Source: Octopus sinensis
Lineage: Eukaryota
Assembly (NCBI RefSeq): GCF_006345805.1
Contig: NC_042998.1
Span: forward strand, 77,314,001-77,378,000
Length of the DNA: 64,000 nucleotides
Reading direction: 5' to 3'
This document shows, one piece after another, positions 63,063 to 64,000 of this stretch. Each line of letters begins with the position of its first letter. Position 1 is the first letter of the stretch. Position numbers and translations under genes: made by a program. The notes beneath the pieces were generated by a model, which was not told the DNA's origin, searched no databases, and was given only the letters and a program-made list of their open reading frames with translations.

Positions 63063-63244
63063 GTGTGTGAGTGTATGTGTGTGCACTCTCTTTATTTTTG
63101 TGATGTTAGCAAAAAAGAAAAGAAAAGAAAAGAAAAAGACTTAATTTCAACACAAATAAAAAACAACTAGGAACAGCATATTTAAAAAAAAACTTTAGCT
63201 ACAATCTTCCACGCAGGTTCCGAAACCGCAACTCCAAATCACCA

Positions 63245-63340
63245 TACAAACATCAGTTGCCGACGTCATCCACCTCCAGTCCAATGAAATTCTACAAACA
63301 CCAGTTGCTGACGTCACCTAACTCCAGACCAATCAAAATC
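63245..63340 (+). repeat. Two diverged 48-bp tandem units, each with a CRE-like motif and a CCAAT box
   Basis: TACAAACATCAGTTGCCGACGTCATCCACCTCCAGTCCAATGAAATTC and TACAAACACCAGTTGCTGACGTCACCTAACTCCAGACCAATCAAAATC. Confidence 0.75.
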
Positions 63341-63694
63341 GAACTTCAGCGAATACAACGAAATGACCCTTTAAGAGAACCAACCAAACGAAACGACTTA
63401 TGACCGTATTCACTAGGAAACCAACCAAGCAGAACAACAAGCTTGACCACGGAAAAAGAAAAACGTCTCCAGTATTTTAACGAATCAAAAATCAGTCCCA
63501 CGTGCGAAAAAAATCATGTTATCCCAAAACATACGACTACAAGCGAAAGTGTCTATTAGAAGAGGATCAGAGAAACTGTAAACCAAATTCCGCCTTTTTT
63601 TTTACTATTTTCATTTCACAGTTGCTTTATTCAGTATGACCATCACTAAAATTAAAGAACTTTGTACATTCAAACAAAACATTTCCTATATATA

Positions 63695-63774
<80 letters not shown>
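63695..63774. repeat. (TG)n microsatellite
   Basis: Direct inspection. Confidence 0.95.
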
Positions 63775-63775
<1 letters not shown>

Positions 63776-64000
63776 ATATAAGTAACAAATCCAATATAAG
63801 CTGTAGATCTGAACTACGCTTGGTTCCAGATGTGGTAGCTGCTGTATAGAAGAACACAAGCCGAGTTGACAATTCACAAAAACAGTCTGGGTAGCATTTT
63901 ATTGATGCATTCTTAAGCTACATCATTGCAAAGTCACACCATCCTCGGGTAAATTTGTAACACATTACAAGGCAAGTTAAAACCAAACGATGACCCGTTC

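Overview
AT-rich, microsatellite-saturated eukaryotic DNA, intergenic or deep intronic. The SINE types and repeat landscape suggest a coleoid cephalopod, probably Octopus (inference). No host protein-coding gene, rRNA, true tRNA or CRISPR array can be supported. The main feature is an apparently full-length ~6 kb Tx1/L1-clade LINE on the minus strand (52.9-58.9 kb). Its 1145-aa APE-RT-CCHC ORF2 is uninterrupted, while its ORF1 is split by two opposite 1-nt frameshifts. Also present: five decayed mariner transposons (three full length), four Penelope-like (PLE) fragments, two CR1/L2-type LINE 3' ends, an R4/Dong-type RLE 3' end with a (TAA)n tail, and many tRNA-derived SINEs. Most notable observations: (i) one SINE monomer ends in a tail that aligns to the 3' terminus of the Tx1 LINE, a candidate SINE-LINE partnership; (ii) several minimal type I hammerhead ribozyme motifs of the PLE kind, one with all catalytic-core nucleotides intact, two pairs of them arranged as inverted repeats; (iii) four unrelated foldback elements of 125-810 bp; (iv) an exact 240-bp tandem duplication of a 103-bp insert embedded in (ATGT)n. 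All alignments were done by eye.
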